The notes below the pieces were generated by a model. The model was not told where the DNA came from and searched no databases. It saw only the letters and a program-made list of their open reading frames with translations. Below, piece by piece: positions 37,801 to 51,210 of a stretch of DNA of 64,000 bases (positions are counted from its first letter, which is position 1; the number at the start of each line of letters is the position of its first letter). Made by a program: the position numbers and the translations under genes. Origin of the DNA: Eledone cirrhosa (lineage: Eukaryota); contig OZ024741.1 of NCBI GenBank assembly GCA_964016885.1, positions 66,402,001 through 66,466,000 of the forward strand, in the 5' to 3' direction.

Positions 37801-40140
37801 GTATTATCAGCAACAACAGTGATAACATCAACAACATTAACAGTTATAGAAATAACAGTATTATCAGCAACAACAGTGATAACAACAATAACAGTTATAG
37901 AAATAACAGTACTATCAGCAACAACAGTGATGACAACAACACCATTAACAGTTAAAGAAATAACAGTACTATCAGCAACAACAGTGATAACATCAACACC
38001 ATTAACAGTTATAGAAATAACAGTATTATCAGCAACAACAGTGATGACAACAACAACAATAACAGTTATAGAAATAACAGTACTATCAGCAACAACAGTG
38101 ATAACATCAACACCATTAACAGTTGTAGAAATAACAGTATTATCAGCAACAACAGTGATGACAACAACAACAATAACAGTTATAGAAATAACAGTATTAT
38201 CAGCAACAACAGTGATAACATCAACAACATTAACAGTTATAGAAATAACAGTAATATCAGCAACAACAGTGATAACATCAACAACATTAACAATTATAGA
38301 AATAACAGTAATATCAGCAACAACAGTGATAACAACAACAACAATAACAGTTATAGAAATAACAGTATTATCAGCAACAACAGTGATAACATCAACAACA
38401 TTAACAGTTATAGAAATAACAGTATTATCAGCAACAACAGTGATAACAACAACAACAATAACAGTCATAGAAAAAACAGTACTATCAGCAACAACAGTGA
38501 TAACAACAACAACATTAACAGTTATAGAAATAACAGTATTATCAGCAACAACAATGATAACAACAACAACAATAGCAGTTATAGAAATAACAGTACTATC
38601 AGAAACAACAGTGATAACAACAACAACATTAACAGTTATAGAAATAACAGTATTATCAGCAACAACAGTGATAACAACAACACCATTAACAGTTATAGAA
38701 ATAACAGTATTATCAGCAACAACAATGATAACATCAACAACAATAACAGTTATAGAAATAACAGTATTATCAACAACAACAGTGATAACAACAACACAAT
38801 TAACAGTTATAGAAATAACAGTATTATCAGCAACAACAGTGATAACAACAACAACAATAACAGTTATAGAAATAAGACTACTATCAGCAACAACAGTGAT
38901 AACATCAACAACAATAACAGTTATAGAAATAACAGTACTATCAGCAACAACAGTGATAACATCAACAACAATAACAGTTATAGAAATAACAGTACTATCA
39001 GCAACAACAGTGATAACATCAACGACAATAACAGTTATAGAAATAATAGTATTATCAGCAACAACAGTGATAACATCAACAACAATAACAGTTATAGAAA
39101 TCACAGTACTATCAGCAACAACAGTGATAACATCAACAACATTAACAGTTATAGAAATCACAGTACTATCAGCAACAACAGTGATAACATCAACAACATT
39201 AACAGTTATAGAAATAACAGTACTATCAGCAACAACAGTGATAACATCAACAACATTAACAGTTATAGAAATAACAGTACTATCAGCAACAACAGTGATA
39301 ACATCAACAACATTAACAGTTATAGAAATAACAGTACTATCAGCAACAACAGTGATAACATCAACAACAATAACAGTTATAGAAATAACAGTACTATCAG
39401 CAACAACAGTGATAACATCAACAACATTAACAGTTATAGAAATAACAGTACTATCAGCAACAACAGTGATAACATCAACAACATTAACAGTTATAGAAAT
39501 AACAGTACTATCAGCAACAACAGTGATAACATCAACAACAATAACAGTTATAGAAATAACAGTACTATCAGCAACAACAGTGATAACATCAACAACATTA
39601 ACAGTTATAGAAATAACAGTATTATCAGCAACAACAGTGATAACATCAACAACAATAACAGTTATAGAAATAACAGTACTATCAGCAACAACAGTGATAA
39701 CATCAACAACATTAACAGTTATAGAAATAACAGTACTATCAGCAACAACAGTGATAACATCAACAACATTAACAGTTATAGAAATAACAGTACTATCAGC
39801 AACAGTAACAATAACAACAACAACGACAACAACAACAACAACAGTAACAACAACTATAACAGTTATAGTAATAACAGTATTATTAGCAACAGTAACAATA
39901 ATAACAATAACAATAACAATAACAACAGTAACAACAACAACAAGAACAACAACAACAACAACATTAACAACAACAATAACAGTTATAGTAATAACAGTAT
40001 TATCATCATCATCATCAGCAGCAGCAGCAGCAACAACAACAACAAAAACAGTTGTAATAACAGTATTATCAGCAACAGTAACAACAACAACAACAATAAC
40101 AGTTATAGTAATTACAGTATTATGAGCAACAGTAACAACA
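28850..40140 (+). repeat. 57-bp minisatellite array (about 190 units)
   Basis: Unit ACAGTTATAGAAATAACAGTATTATCAGCAACAACAGTGATAACATCAACAACATTA, with a 2739-bp internal duplication. Confidence 0.97.
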
Positions 40141-40444
40141 ACAACATAAACAACAACAATACGAACAAGAGCAAAAGCTAACATTAACAATAGCAACAAT
40201 AAGATTAACAAGAGTCGTATGAGTAACAGCAAGAAGAGTTATAGTGTTAACATGTCGATGTCGGATTTCTGTCAGTTTCATAGGGCTGACCTATGACTAA
40301 AATAATAACAACACTATCACTAATAGCAACAGCACCACCAGCTCCACCACCACCACCACCACCACCACCACCACCACCACCACCACCACCACCACAGTTA
40401 AAAGGTTATTCAATAGAAAATAGGCATCTTTATTATATATATAA

Positions 40445-42108
40445 CTAGCAGTGGTACCCGGCGTTGCACAGGATAAGGTATTTTGGAACGCGGGCCGCCA
40501 ACAGACCTAATCGTGGAAAAACTGCATGCCTGGACAATATGTAAAGAAAATAAACCGAATACTCTGATGGCTGGATAATCTTTAAGATTTTTCTCGAGGA
40601 AGCAGTAAAAATGCAGGTTTTCACCTAATGCGGGCCCTAGGGGATCAAGAAAATGAATTTTTTCATCTGCATAATATACCTTTAAATTTCGGGAAAATCG
40701 GCTAGACGTAACGCCTCCAAAATAACATAAGAAGCTGAAAAATGTAGTTTTTTACCTAATGCCGGCCCTAGGACATAAGAAAGTTGGATTTTCTTTGCTT
40801 ACGGTATGAAGAAGAGACTGACTAATACATAGTTACAATTTCAAGGAAATCGGTCTGACGTAACGCCTCAAAAAAACCCCAAAATTCTTAAAAAACGCAT
40901 TTTTTCACCTAATGCGGGCCCTAGGAGATAAAAAAAAGTTGAATCTTTTTATGTGCATAACACTCCCTGAAACATAAGTAATACACATGTAAAGTTTGAA
41001 AAAAGTCGGTTAGGTACTTCTCGAGTTTTAGGGATTCAAATTCACAGACACACACACACAGACAGACATCCTCAGGGAAGTGACGCAAGCAGACAGCCAA
41101 ACATACAGACAGATATTATATGTATGTATCTATCTAAAAAGAGAAAGACTAAGAATTATAGAGAGAAATCGCTAAATCGACTAATGCGGTCCGTAGGGCA
41201 TTGAAAATTTGAAATTTTTTTTTGCTCAGAACACTCCATGAAACATAAGTATTACATGTATAAAGTTTGAAAACAGTCTGTTTGGTGCTTCTCTACAATA
41301 CTAAGCGGTAAAATAGTAACTTTTGTTCTCGTAAAGGCATACAAGTAAGCAAACTGAAGCTATTACAGCGATGTTTTTCTTTACCGGCTTTAATTTTTAG
41401 TGTTGTGGGAAATATATAATCTGTAAACCTGATTTTTGAATCGCATCAGGGTCGTCTTTATTTCACTCGCTCCACTAAAAGTTGGATTTTCTTTGCTCAC
41501 GGTATGAAGAAGAGATTGACTAATACATAGTTACCAGCTTTCATTTTTAGTGTTGTGTGAAATATATAACCGCCTTAGCTAAGCTTAGTATTGCCACAAC
41601 CATGGCTGGCAAAGAAGTAAGGGTCTGGTGGTATATAACTAAGCAACACTGTGGCCCAAACCGTGAGGAAGAACTTGTGTGCATTTACCAACTGCTTGGG
41701 GAATGAGTGTGAGATTTGTCTTGAGCAAGGGTGGCAATAACTGGAGGCAGCAGACAGCCAGACATACAGACAGATATTATAAAGGCGGGTTCTGGACGGA
41801 GAGGGAATTGTAGGAAGTGACGTAATGCAGACAGTCAGACATACAGACAGATATTATAAGGGCGCGGCGTTATATGTATGTATCTATCTAAAAAGAGAAA
41901 GACTAAGAATTATAGAGAGAGATCGCTAAATCGCCTAATGCGGTCCCTAGGGCTATGAAAATTTGAAATTTCTTTTGCTCAGAACACTCCCTGAAACATA
42001 AGTGTTACATGTCTAAAGTTTGAAAACAGTCGGTTTGGTGGTTCTCGATGTTTAGGGATTCGAACTCACACACACACAGACAGACATCCTCAGTTTTATA
42101 TATATAGA
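40445..42108 (-). mobile_element. Non-autonomous Helitron
   Basis: Minus strand begins A|TCTATATATATAAAA and ends with a degenerate GCAACGCCGGG hairpin plus CTAG|T; it has internal subrepeats of about 150 bp. Confidence 0.78.
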
Positions 42109-42203
42109 TATTTAATATAGAAACGGCTTCTACAGGACTTTCCTGATGATTTCCTTCGAATGAAACAATTCTAGTCCTGTAGCAGCCATTTCTATATTAA
42201 ATA
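42109..42203 (+). ncRNA. Long hairpin enclosing a hammerhead core
   Basis: Stem of about 29 bp around CTGATGA-T-TTC-CTTC-GAA-T-GAAA-CAAT-TC; pairing next to the core is imperfect. Confidence 0.5.
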
Positions 42204-42250
42204 CTCTACTATATATTGAGTAGCTTACTTACTGTGGTTACCTCCTATTG

Positions 42251-42252
<2 letters not shown>

Positions 42253-42346
<94 letters not shown>
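42253..42346 (+). repeat. (CA)n microsatellite
   Basis: Read directly from the sequence. Confidence 0.98.
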
Positions 42347-42347
<1 letters not shown>

Positions 42348-42404
42348 TCGTTATAATAGTACTTTAAAAAAAGGCAGTGCTATACGAGGTTATTATAACA
42401 TAAA

Positions 42405-42752
42405 AGTGTAGTGGATTGGTAGAATCATTAGAGTGTCGGACAAAATAGTTTGCGGCATTTAGTTGCGCCCCTTTATATTCTGACTTGTGTGTATGTGTGT
42501 ATGTGTGTGTGGTTTGTGTGCATGTATGTCAGCATTTTTAACCCTTTCATCTGAAGAGTTCTGGAAATGGTGGTGGTGGTGGTGGTGGTGGTGATGGTAG
42601 CGGTGATGGTGATCATGGTAGCGGTCCAACTTTGCCTTTCATCCTTCCATGGTCGATTAAATAAAGTACCAGTTAAGCACTGGTTTCGACGTAATCAATT
42701 AATCACTTACCCCCCTTTACAAAAATTGCTGGCCTTGTGCCAGAATTAGAAA
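42405..42752 (+). mobile_element. SINE interrupted by microsatellites
   Basis: 5' part at about 42405-42483; core and 3' part CTTTGCCTTTCATCC...GGCCTTGTGCC at 42625-42752. Confidence 0.65.
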
Positions 42753-43318
42753 TAAGTTTTAATATAGTATAAATAGAGATACCAGCTTGGTAGTTTATTT
42801 TTAACAGAGATATAGGCATAAGACATAAATGAAGATGTTAGTCGTAGCCAAATGATGGAAAGATCTCGTTGTCAAACCTTCAAAGTATTTAATAATTTTA
42901 GATAACCTCACACAATGTCATATCATATTGTGATCTACAGTTATGATAAAATTAAGAATCATTTTTAATTAATTGAGATCTAGTGCTATAATAAAATCAT
43001 TAACCTGGTTAAATTAATTAACATTAATCACAACACAGAGACCTACTATTAACCATTAATTCAATTGAGAAACAAGATAGAAGAAATTGTATCTGAGAAG
43101 AGTAATTAGTCTGAGTTTCTTCCTTGTACATTGATTGTCTTTTGAAGAATGTATCTAACGCGGTGTGTGTAGTCATGAGTATTCTTGGTATTAAGATGTT
43201 AATAGACTTCTCTTTGTCTTGCTTCTTCTCTCAAAGTCAGAGCAAATTCTTAATACATTGGTCCATAGCACTTACCGAATTATTCAAGAGCAAGAATTCT
43301 TTTTGGTATCATCGGTTC

Positions 43319-43518
43319 TAGGAGGGTTGGCTGAAACGTTCATAGGCTGAAAAGTTCATAGGCTGACCAAGATACTCTCATGGAATAACCAAATGAGTCC
43401 CTGAAAAGAAACAATGCAATTATTAATAAAAAAAGCTAAAATTAATACATGCAAGATTTCACAGCTCTAACATAACTCCTTCATAGTCAGCCTATGAAAT
43501 TTTCAGCCCACTCTCGTA
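43319..43518. mobile_element. Tc1/mariner-type MITE
   Basis: Same family as 26358-26559, TA at both ends, with an internal duplication inside the left TIR. Confidence 0.82.
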
Positions 43519-43548
43519 CATTAGTCCATAGCACTTACCGAGTAAAGA

Positions 43549-43592
43549 CGGAAAAGGAAGTTGCCATCAGCTGATGGCAACTTCCTTTTCCG
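43549..43592. repeat. Perfect 44-bp palindrome
   Basis: CGGAAAAGGAAGTTGCCATCAG|CTGATGGCAACTTCCTTTTCCG. Confidence 0.97.
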
Positions 43593-43669
43593 CTTTTTAA
43601 GGGTCTTCACCTTATTTCATAAGAAGCTATATTTATGGCATCTCTGCCCTTGAGCACATCATCCTTTAT

Positions 43670-43784
<115 letters not shown>

Positions 43785-44489
43785 CCATATATACACACGT
43801 ATACACACACACACACATATATCCATGCATACATACGTACACACAATTGTGATTTGTATACTCTTTTTGTTGATTCTTGATGAAAAGCTATATATAGGAT
43901 TGACTAGAGAGAAGAAAGCTAAAAGCGAAATAAAGAAAAGACAGCAATATAGAAAAGAAGCGAGTGAAAAAATAGAGTAAAGCATTTAAATTGAGCAAAG
44001 GACAACAGCATTTCTTTACAAGAATAATTGGTCACCAAAATAAAATAAACAAAGAAATGAAAATATAACAAAAAAAAATAAAGAAAAAGAAAATGGACAG
44101 AAACATATTTAAAAAAAATCAATAAATGCTAAAAATAGAACTCTTTGTTAACTTCGAGATCTGATGTGAACTTGTTCTTTAGTCACACAACAAAAGATTT
44201 CACGATTCAATGAGAGAGGCTTCATGTGGTTATTCGACAAGCTAGAAACAACAAGTAAATAGCAGTCACTCCTATTGTCTTTATTTTCTTCTTACAAATT
44301 TCGATTAATTTAATTTTTGTGTTATGTCCCTTGTTAGTTTTTGTTTAGATTTTAAAAACTTCTAGGGTGAGTTTTTATCTCATAATTACACGGATAATCT
44401 CAGTTAATTGATGTTTCCCCATTTCACTATATTACAATTGTGAGACCCTCCACTATGTCTTAAAAAGATGAAACCTTCGGATAATTTAT

Positions 44490-44915
44490 ATAGAGCCTGG
44501 ACGCACTGGTTTCCCATCACAAATGGAGCCAGCAGGTCTCGACCGTGGAGACGGCAAGCGCCCCGACGGAATTACTTTCTTCCCATTCGAAGGAGGTAAA
44601 TTTCTCATCTGGGACGTCACATGTGACACGTTCTCCGCCTCCAACATAGTCGTTTCAGCCACAAACCCCGGTACTGCGGCCCGCAATTCAGAGGAAACTA
44701 ATACTGGGGATTGTCCAACCGCTTCCTCTACGAACCGGTCGTCGTCGAGACCTCAGGCGTACTCGGACCCTGTATTGCTGAGTTCCTCCGCAAGATCGGA
44801 ACGTCAGCAGCCCGTCTGAGGAATGAGCCCTGCGAGATCGGGTGGCTGTTGCAGCTGGTGTTGCTGGCCATTGTCCGCGGAAATGCTTTTGCGGTCTTGT
44901 CCACGGAGCGGTCTT
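44490..44915 (+). pseudogene. CRE-clade retrotransposon C-terminal restriction-like endonuclease fragment
   Basis: EPAGLDRGDGKRPDG..LIWDVT..PGTAA, then a frameshift, then PVVVETSG..AIVRGNA. Confidence 0.8.
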
Positions 44916-45059
44916 ATCCTAGGACTGTTTATGTTAAGAGAATTAAGAAACGTGAAAGTTAAACTGATGTTGGTCGTTTTTGTCTTTATTGTGTTGTATA
45001 GAGTATAGTATGTAGTTTTACGTAAGTGTGTCTATATTTACGGTAATGTGTGGTGCAAC

Positions 45060-45200
45060 AGGCGGCGATTTAGCACAGTTGTAAGAAGGTTGGATAGAAT
45101 GCTTTGCAGTATTCGTTCCAACTCTCTGTGTTTTGAGTTCAAATCCCATCGAGGTCAACCGTTGTCTTTCATCCCCACGAGGTCGATAAATGAAGTACCC
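45060..45200 (+). mobile_element. SINE (tRNA-derived, same family)
   Basis: GGCGGCGATTTAGCA...GAGTTCAAATCCC...GAGGTCGATAAATGAAGTACC. Confidence 0.7.
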
Positions 45201-45374
45201 CTTTCTGTCTATCATTCTCTCTCCTCAGTAAGAAATCGGCTGTGTTCAGACTTGGAGTTACCGGTTTCGAATGTGAGAAAGAAAGGTGCGTCAAAACTTG
45301 TAAAGCTTTGCAAAACTTTAAAATGTTTACATTCTTTTACAATTCTGTGACAACCCTGCTCGCTGCTATCTGGG

Positions 45375-45480
45375 TGGAGTTGGCTGTCCGCGGGTACGAG
45401 CCCCGCGAGGTGGAGTAGTGGTTCCAGTGCATCTCCCTCGCCGTCTTCCGGGGCAATGCATTCTCCATCCTGTCAGCCGG
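45375..45480 (+). mobile_element. CRE-clade 3' fragment
   Basis: Translates EPREVE*WFQCISLAVFRGNAFSIL. Confidence 0.6.
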
Positions 45481-46151
45481 GAACCTGTTAGTTGGTAGTG
45501 GAGGTTATTCGTTCGGACGTCACTTTCACACTTGTATTGAGTGACTTTTTTTATTTGTTGTATTTATTTATCTATTCAATGTAAGTTATATTCCTAAATC
45601 CCCAACATATTTTATTATTTTCAGAGATATTTGAAAACCGGGTGTCCCCTTCATAACTGGTCCCCTTCATAACTGGCCAAGGGCGGCGCGCCAGCATGGC
45701 CTCAGCCGGATGGCTGGAACAGGTAAAAGAGTAAAAGAGTAAAAGAGTGTTTTTCATTAGAAATATAGTAACGAGTGGATTAAATGTATAGAGTCATCAG
45801 TGATGTTCAGGCCTCACTTTTCATAAAAAGAAATCGCTTTATATTTCAGGAACGACGATATTTAAGTTGACGATGACGAGATTGAGATTGAGTTTGACGA
45901 GGGTGAAGTTGATAACGAATTTGAGGAGGAATCCCTGTATATGTTGTAGCATCAATACTGCTCGACAGGGCTGTAGGGAATCGTTGTTATATCCGGGAGC
46001 TGATGAAAGGAATATCCTAAAAAGCAAACTCTACGTAAAATGTAATTATGTAATTGTCCAAATATAGGAAACAATTAGTCGATTTTAAGTTATCAACTAT
46101 TTGGTGCTTAAGAGTTAATGAAATTTCTCCATCTCTATATTTACACCCATG

Positions 46152-46182
46152 CACCACCACCACCACCACCACCACCACCAAC

Positions 46183-46214
<32 letters not shown>

Positions 46215-46369
46215 CAGTAGTAGCAGCAACAGCAACAACAACAACAACAACAACAGCAACAGCAACAACAGCAACAGCAACAGCAATAACAGCAGCAACA
46301 ATAACAACAACAACAACAACAGCAACAACAGCAACAACAGCAACAACAACAGCAACAACAACAACACAG

Positions 46370-46403
<34 letters not shown>

Positions 46404-46583
46404 AATAACAGCACCAACAACAACAGCAGCAACGACAATAACAACAACAGCAGCAACAACAACAATTACAGCAACAACGGCAACAACAACAACAACAACA
46501 ACAACAACAGCAACAGCAGCAACAACAACAACAGCAGCAACAACAATAACAACAACAACAAAAATAGCAACAACAACCACAAC
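46152..46583 (+). repeat. (CCA)/(CAA/CAG) compound trinucleotide tract
   Basis: Read directly from the sequence. Confidence 0.92.
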
Positions 46584-46952
46584 AAAAAGAAGAACACTAC
46601 TATTTATATCGACACTGACACCTATTAACAATTGTATTAATATTGAAGGAAATAGGGATTGTCTCCCCCTTAATTAGAGAACGTCAATCACAAAACCATT
46701 CAGTTAATGTGAAAAGCATACTTCATCTATTCAAACCTACAACCACTATATCAAGAAACTACCGACGACAGTTCAATATGAGTTAATAGATGTTTACAGA
46801 AACGGACTAGCAAATAGAAATATATATCACAATATAACTGTTAGTCAAGTACTGCGGACACGATTTAATCAAATATGTACGCACGTACATATTTGTATGT
46901 ATGTATGTATGTATGTATGTATGTATGTATGTATGTATGTATGTATGTATGT

Positions 46953-49900
46953 TCTTCTGGTTTTATAATTTCACAAAGTTTTACCAATAGAGAGAGAGTC
47001 GGTTTCTAACATAGACACAAGACTCTCTCATTGGAATTTACACAACATCAACTAGGTAGATATGTATGTATGCATGCATGTGTAGATATGTATGTATGCA
47101 TGCATGTGTAGATATGGATGTTATTGTATATGTGGATGTGGATGTTTTGAGTTGTATGTGTGCATGTGTATATGCTTTGTATCTGTACATGTGTATATGC
47201 AGTTATTAGATGCAACATTTTTGGAATGTTTTACATATTTTTACTGTACTTGTAGTTTCCTAACTAGTTGTGTTCTTTCTGTTCCTGTGAAGCCTAGCTT
47301 CTCAAGATTTGTATTGAGGCAGTTACTAACATATCCCAGTGCCCCAATAATCACAGGCATAAATCTGAAGGTGTAATCAGGGTGGAGTATCTGCAGTTCT
47401 GCATAAATATTCTCCTTTTCACTAATCTTTGATATTATATTGGCATCTGCTGGGCAGCTAATTTATACTACTGTGCATGTTTTCTTCTCCCTGTCCCATA
47501 TCATAATATCTGGTCTGTTATGCCTGCATTTTATTGGGGTTTTTACTGGAACATTCCACCAGTACTCTTTCATATTATGTACATGGTTGTCTTCCACATT
47601 GTTGTAGCTTTTAATGTGTTTATTATCGAGGCTATCTTTTTTACGAACTGCATTGTACAGTGTTTTGGCCACTACATCATGCCTCATAGGTAGATAGTAC
47701 CGCGATGACATCTTTGGACAGCTGCTGATGACATGGGTGATATCCTCGATGTGAGTTCTGCAGAGTCTGCACTTGTTATCACATCTAGATGTTTTGCCTG
47801 CATCCCTATCTCTTTTGTGAATCAGGTATTTCGTGCTAATCTCCTGTTCTTGGATTGCAAAAGCGTATCCTTCAAAGTGGGAGCCAATATAGCGGTTGTT
47901 GGTCCAAGATAGACTACTTTCCTTATCTATATTACTCTCACTCTGGAGCTTCCTGGCAACATATCCATGCATGATTTTTTGCTGATAGGCATGCAGTGCG
48001 TCCAGGCTCTATATATCTCTCAAGGAGTTCCTTCCCAACTCTCATGATCTTATCTGTTTCATGCAGATAGACTTGCTCGAGAAGCGGGCTCCTACGTTTC
48101 GAGGTTCGTAGATGTTGTCGGAGAGATATGATGCGACATTCAAATGTTGTCTGGACTGATGTTAGGCCTCTGCCTCCCTGCTTACGTTTCAAGTAAAGGC
48201 GGTCTATGTCACTGTTGATGTGGAAGTTTCCGGTGTTGTTCAGTATTTTTCGAGTTCCAACCTCAACTGCTTGGATTTCGTCTATCGTCCAATTGAGTAT
48301 TCCAAACGTTGGTGTTAGGATAGGAACAGCAAACACATTGTGAACCACTGTTTTGTTTTGCGCAGAGAGTTCCGATGACCAGATCTTTCTTAATCGGGTG
48401 TAGTATTCCCTGGTTACGCGTTCTTTATTACAGATACCATTATAGGATATGTTCTCATCTATCCCCAGGTATCTGTAGCAGTCCTCATCAGATATCGGTG
48501 AAACAGTTAGACCATTGATGACAATGTTGCTAGATTGGGTTGTTGTTTTTCCCCGCTTTACAGTCATGTATGAGCATTTATCTTGGCCAAACTCCATTCC
48601 TATATCCTTTGAGAACGTTGTGATCAGGTCAAGATTTTTCTTCATCCCATCCATATTTTTGGCATAGAGTTTCAGATCGTCCACAAAGAAGTTATGGGTT
48701 AGGTTCGTATTTCTGTCCTCCTGTGAGCCAATGATGTATCCCTCACATTTCTTGAGCAGAAAGGACAAGGGGTTTAATGACAAGATGAACAATATCACAG
48801 AGAGACTGTCCCCCTGAAATATACCCCTGCAATATTTTATTTTATCAGTGAAAATAGAGTCCTCTCTCTCTGTCTTTAACCTTAGGATAGTAGCCCAAGA
48901 AGAAGACAGCTTCTCTTGGCTCTGACAATAATGTCTGGGACTTTAGCAAGTTGGAGGGCCTCTATCATCCAAGAGTGGGGAACAGAATCGAAAGCTTTCT
49001 TGTAGTCCAGCCAGACTGTAGTCATATTCCTCCTAAGTTGTCTCACCTCCGACATCACAGTTTTGTTGATTAGGAGTTGTTCAGCACATCCCCAAACCTT
49101 TTCTTTCCAGCTGCTTGTTCATCTGTGATGATGTTATTATTTTCACAGTGATCTTGGAGGAATAGGTTTAGGCAGGCTGTATACATCTTATACATCAGGT
49201 TCTGGCATGCAATGGGTCGGTAGATTTTTGCCAAGTGGGTGTCTTTGTTCTTGGGGACCAGTAACGTTTGTGCTAATGTCAACCATTCTGGTATAAGTGT
49301 AACTCCCTTAAGAACTTGTTGGTAGAGGTCAGTAAGATACCTCCGATAGAATATTAGTTTTTTGTACCAGTAGCCGACAATCATGTCTCTTCCTGGTGTT
49401 TTCTTATCTTGGAGTTTTCCTATCACAGTCTCAAGGGTACCCTCACTTATTTCGTATGTTTTTGTTGTAGTGTAGGAGCAATAGTTCTTTCGGATTTCTC
49501 TTAGCCACACTGCATCTTGGTTGAAATTCTTCTTTTCACCCCATTTTTTCTCCAAAAGGAATCTATGTCTTTCTGGGATGGGGCCTCAGTGACACTTATT
49601 ATTTTGCTCTTCATATCTCTATAGACTGATGTTTGGTTTCGTCTGAATCTTTTATTAAGCACTTTTCTCTCATCTACCTTCTTCAGTTATCGGCTTTTTT
49701 CGTTAACAGCTCTCAATTCTTGTTTGAGGGGGATCAGCTTATATTGGACAGTTCTGGCTCTACTGTTACCAAACATCGTCTCTATTTTATTTTTCACTAT
49801 TTGTTGGTGAGGAGTGAGGTTTTTTTTGTGTTTGTTTGCATGTAAGGAGCATTGTCACATGTCCTATGTTTTTTCGTAGGTCAGCACTCTTTTTTTCTAT

Positions 49901-50999
49901 TTTAGTTATATATGATGGTATTTTTGGTGGTGTTTTGTTCTTGTTAATATCTCTGCTATCACCAAGATAATGCTTCACTGTCATTGCTAAGGCATATAAA
50001 CAGGCGTTGATTTGCCAAAATGTTGGGGTTTTTATCCGTCGGAAATATTCATCCCCTATTTCGCCAATAACACGTAGTATTTCATTATTTGGTTTTTTAT
50101 TCACCATTGTCATTTTAACACGTTCAACCAGAGAAATATTTATACATGAGTTAATTTCTCTCTGGAAGATTTCGTTGAGGGAAATTTTCAATTGTTTATA
50201 CTTTTGATTATAATTATCGATAGTCGAGGTAGACTCGGATGGTATACGTGGTGTCACATTTATTCGATTATTATTATTATTTCTTCGATTATTATTATTA
50301 TCGATAGTGTTTTCCCCAGCATTCGAGGTAGACTTAGATGGTACAGGTGGTGTCAAATTTCTTACAGGCATAGTTGTTTCAAGGTGCTGTTCGATTTGGC
50401 TGCTAAGAAGTCTAGTAGCATGGCGATCTGTAGCACGTGTTGTTGATTCCATGTTTGTTGTGGGGGACTTACAATTAATAATATTTATCTTATTTTTACG
50501 TTCAACAAACGTTGCTTGTTGGCGTAATTGTTTCGCTGTGAAATAATTTAGCTCTGGGTGCATTTCGTCCCAGTGTAGCTTCATTCTATTCATATAGCCA
50601 ATGGAGAGATTGTTTTTTGCCATTTTATAACAATTAAATAAATCATTATTAAGTTCGCAACTCCAAGAGAAATGCAATTTATAATTTCGGTTTCTTCTGT
50701 AGCTACAACTGAATAAAGTTTGATTACCTTCTTTGTTATTTGTCTTCGATACTTCCTTAATTTTTTTGTTGATGTTGTGTTCAGCCATGCTGTTTGTAGC
50801 AAATCCTTGTAAAATGAATTATGTATTTAGTCGGATATCTCTACGAATTCGAATAAAAGGTGTCTTCAGAAGGGATAGTTAGAAGAATAACCAGTTATTC
50901 AACCTGGCTGTAGTTGTGGCATTACTGTCGGAGATAGTATTCATCTTAAATTTAATAAATAGTCTCCCACGCCAAAATATGCGACTGATCGCGTTGACG
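46953..50999 (-). mobile_element. Full-length decayed R4/Dong-clade non-LTR retrotransposon (copy A)
   Basis: Single-ORF architecture; the 3' end runs into (TACA)n at 46895-46952 and the 5' end abuts TATG repeats at about 51000. Confidence 0.85.
47205..50788 (-). pseudogene. R4-type ORF (Myb-like N-terminus, RT, CCHC, RLE) with frameshifts and stops
   Basis: WSCELN..CY..GYMNRM..W; YRPIAC; FQGDSLS; FVDDLKLY; GGRGL; CRLC..H..C; RHD; RPD. Confidence 0.88.
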
Positions 51000-51014
51000 T
51001 ATGTATGTACGTAT

Positions 51015-51137
51015 ATCTGAGTTCAAATCCCGCCGAGGTTAACTTTGCCTTTCATCCTTACGGGGTCGATAAAATAAAGTACCAGTAATGCACTTGGTAA
51101 TTGCTGGCCTTGTGCCTAAAGTAGAAACAATTATTAT

Positions 51138-51140
<3 letters not shown>
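51015..51140 (+). mobile_element. SINE 3' half with an (ATT)n tail
   Basis: Core matches 25582-25766. Confidence 0.8.
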
Positions 51141-51169
<29 letters not shown>

Positions 51170-51210
51170 TGTATGTATGTATGTATGTATGTATGTATGT
51201 ATGTATGTAT

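Noticed and set aside
28962-40232. 3710-aa and 3756-aa ORFs as mucin-like or membrane protein genes
   Set aside because: They are pure tandem repeat with no signal peptide or unique domain. Openness follows from triplet periodicity, and variation is mostly non-synonymous.
43270-43322. Possible minus-strand host micro-exon (AG...CG|GTAAGT)
   Set aside because: All three frames contain stops, and the acceptor comes from the MITE end.
45995-46035. Hammerhead-like GAG-CTGATGA-AAGGA/TCCT-AAAA
   Set aside because: It has no GAAA and no valid stem III or UH site; too degenerate to call.
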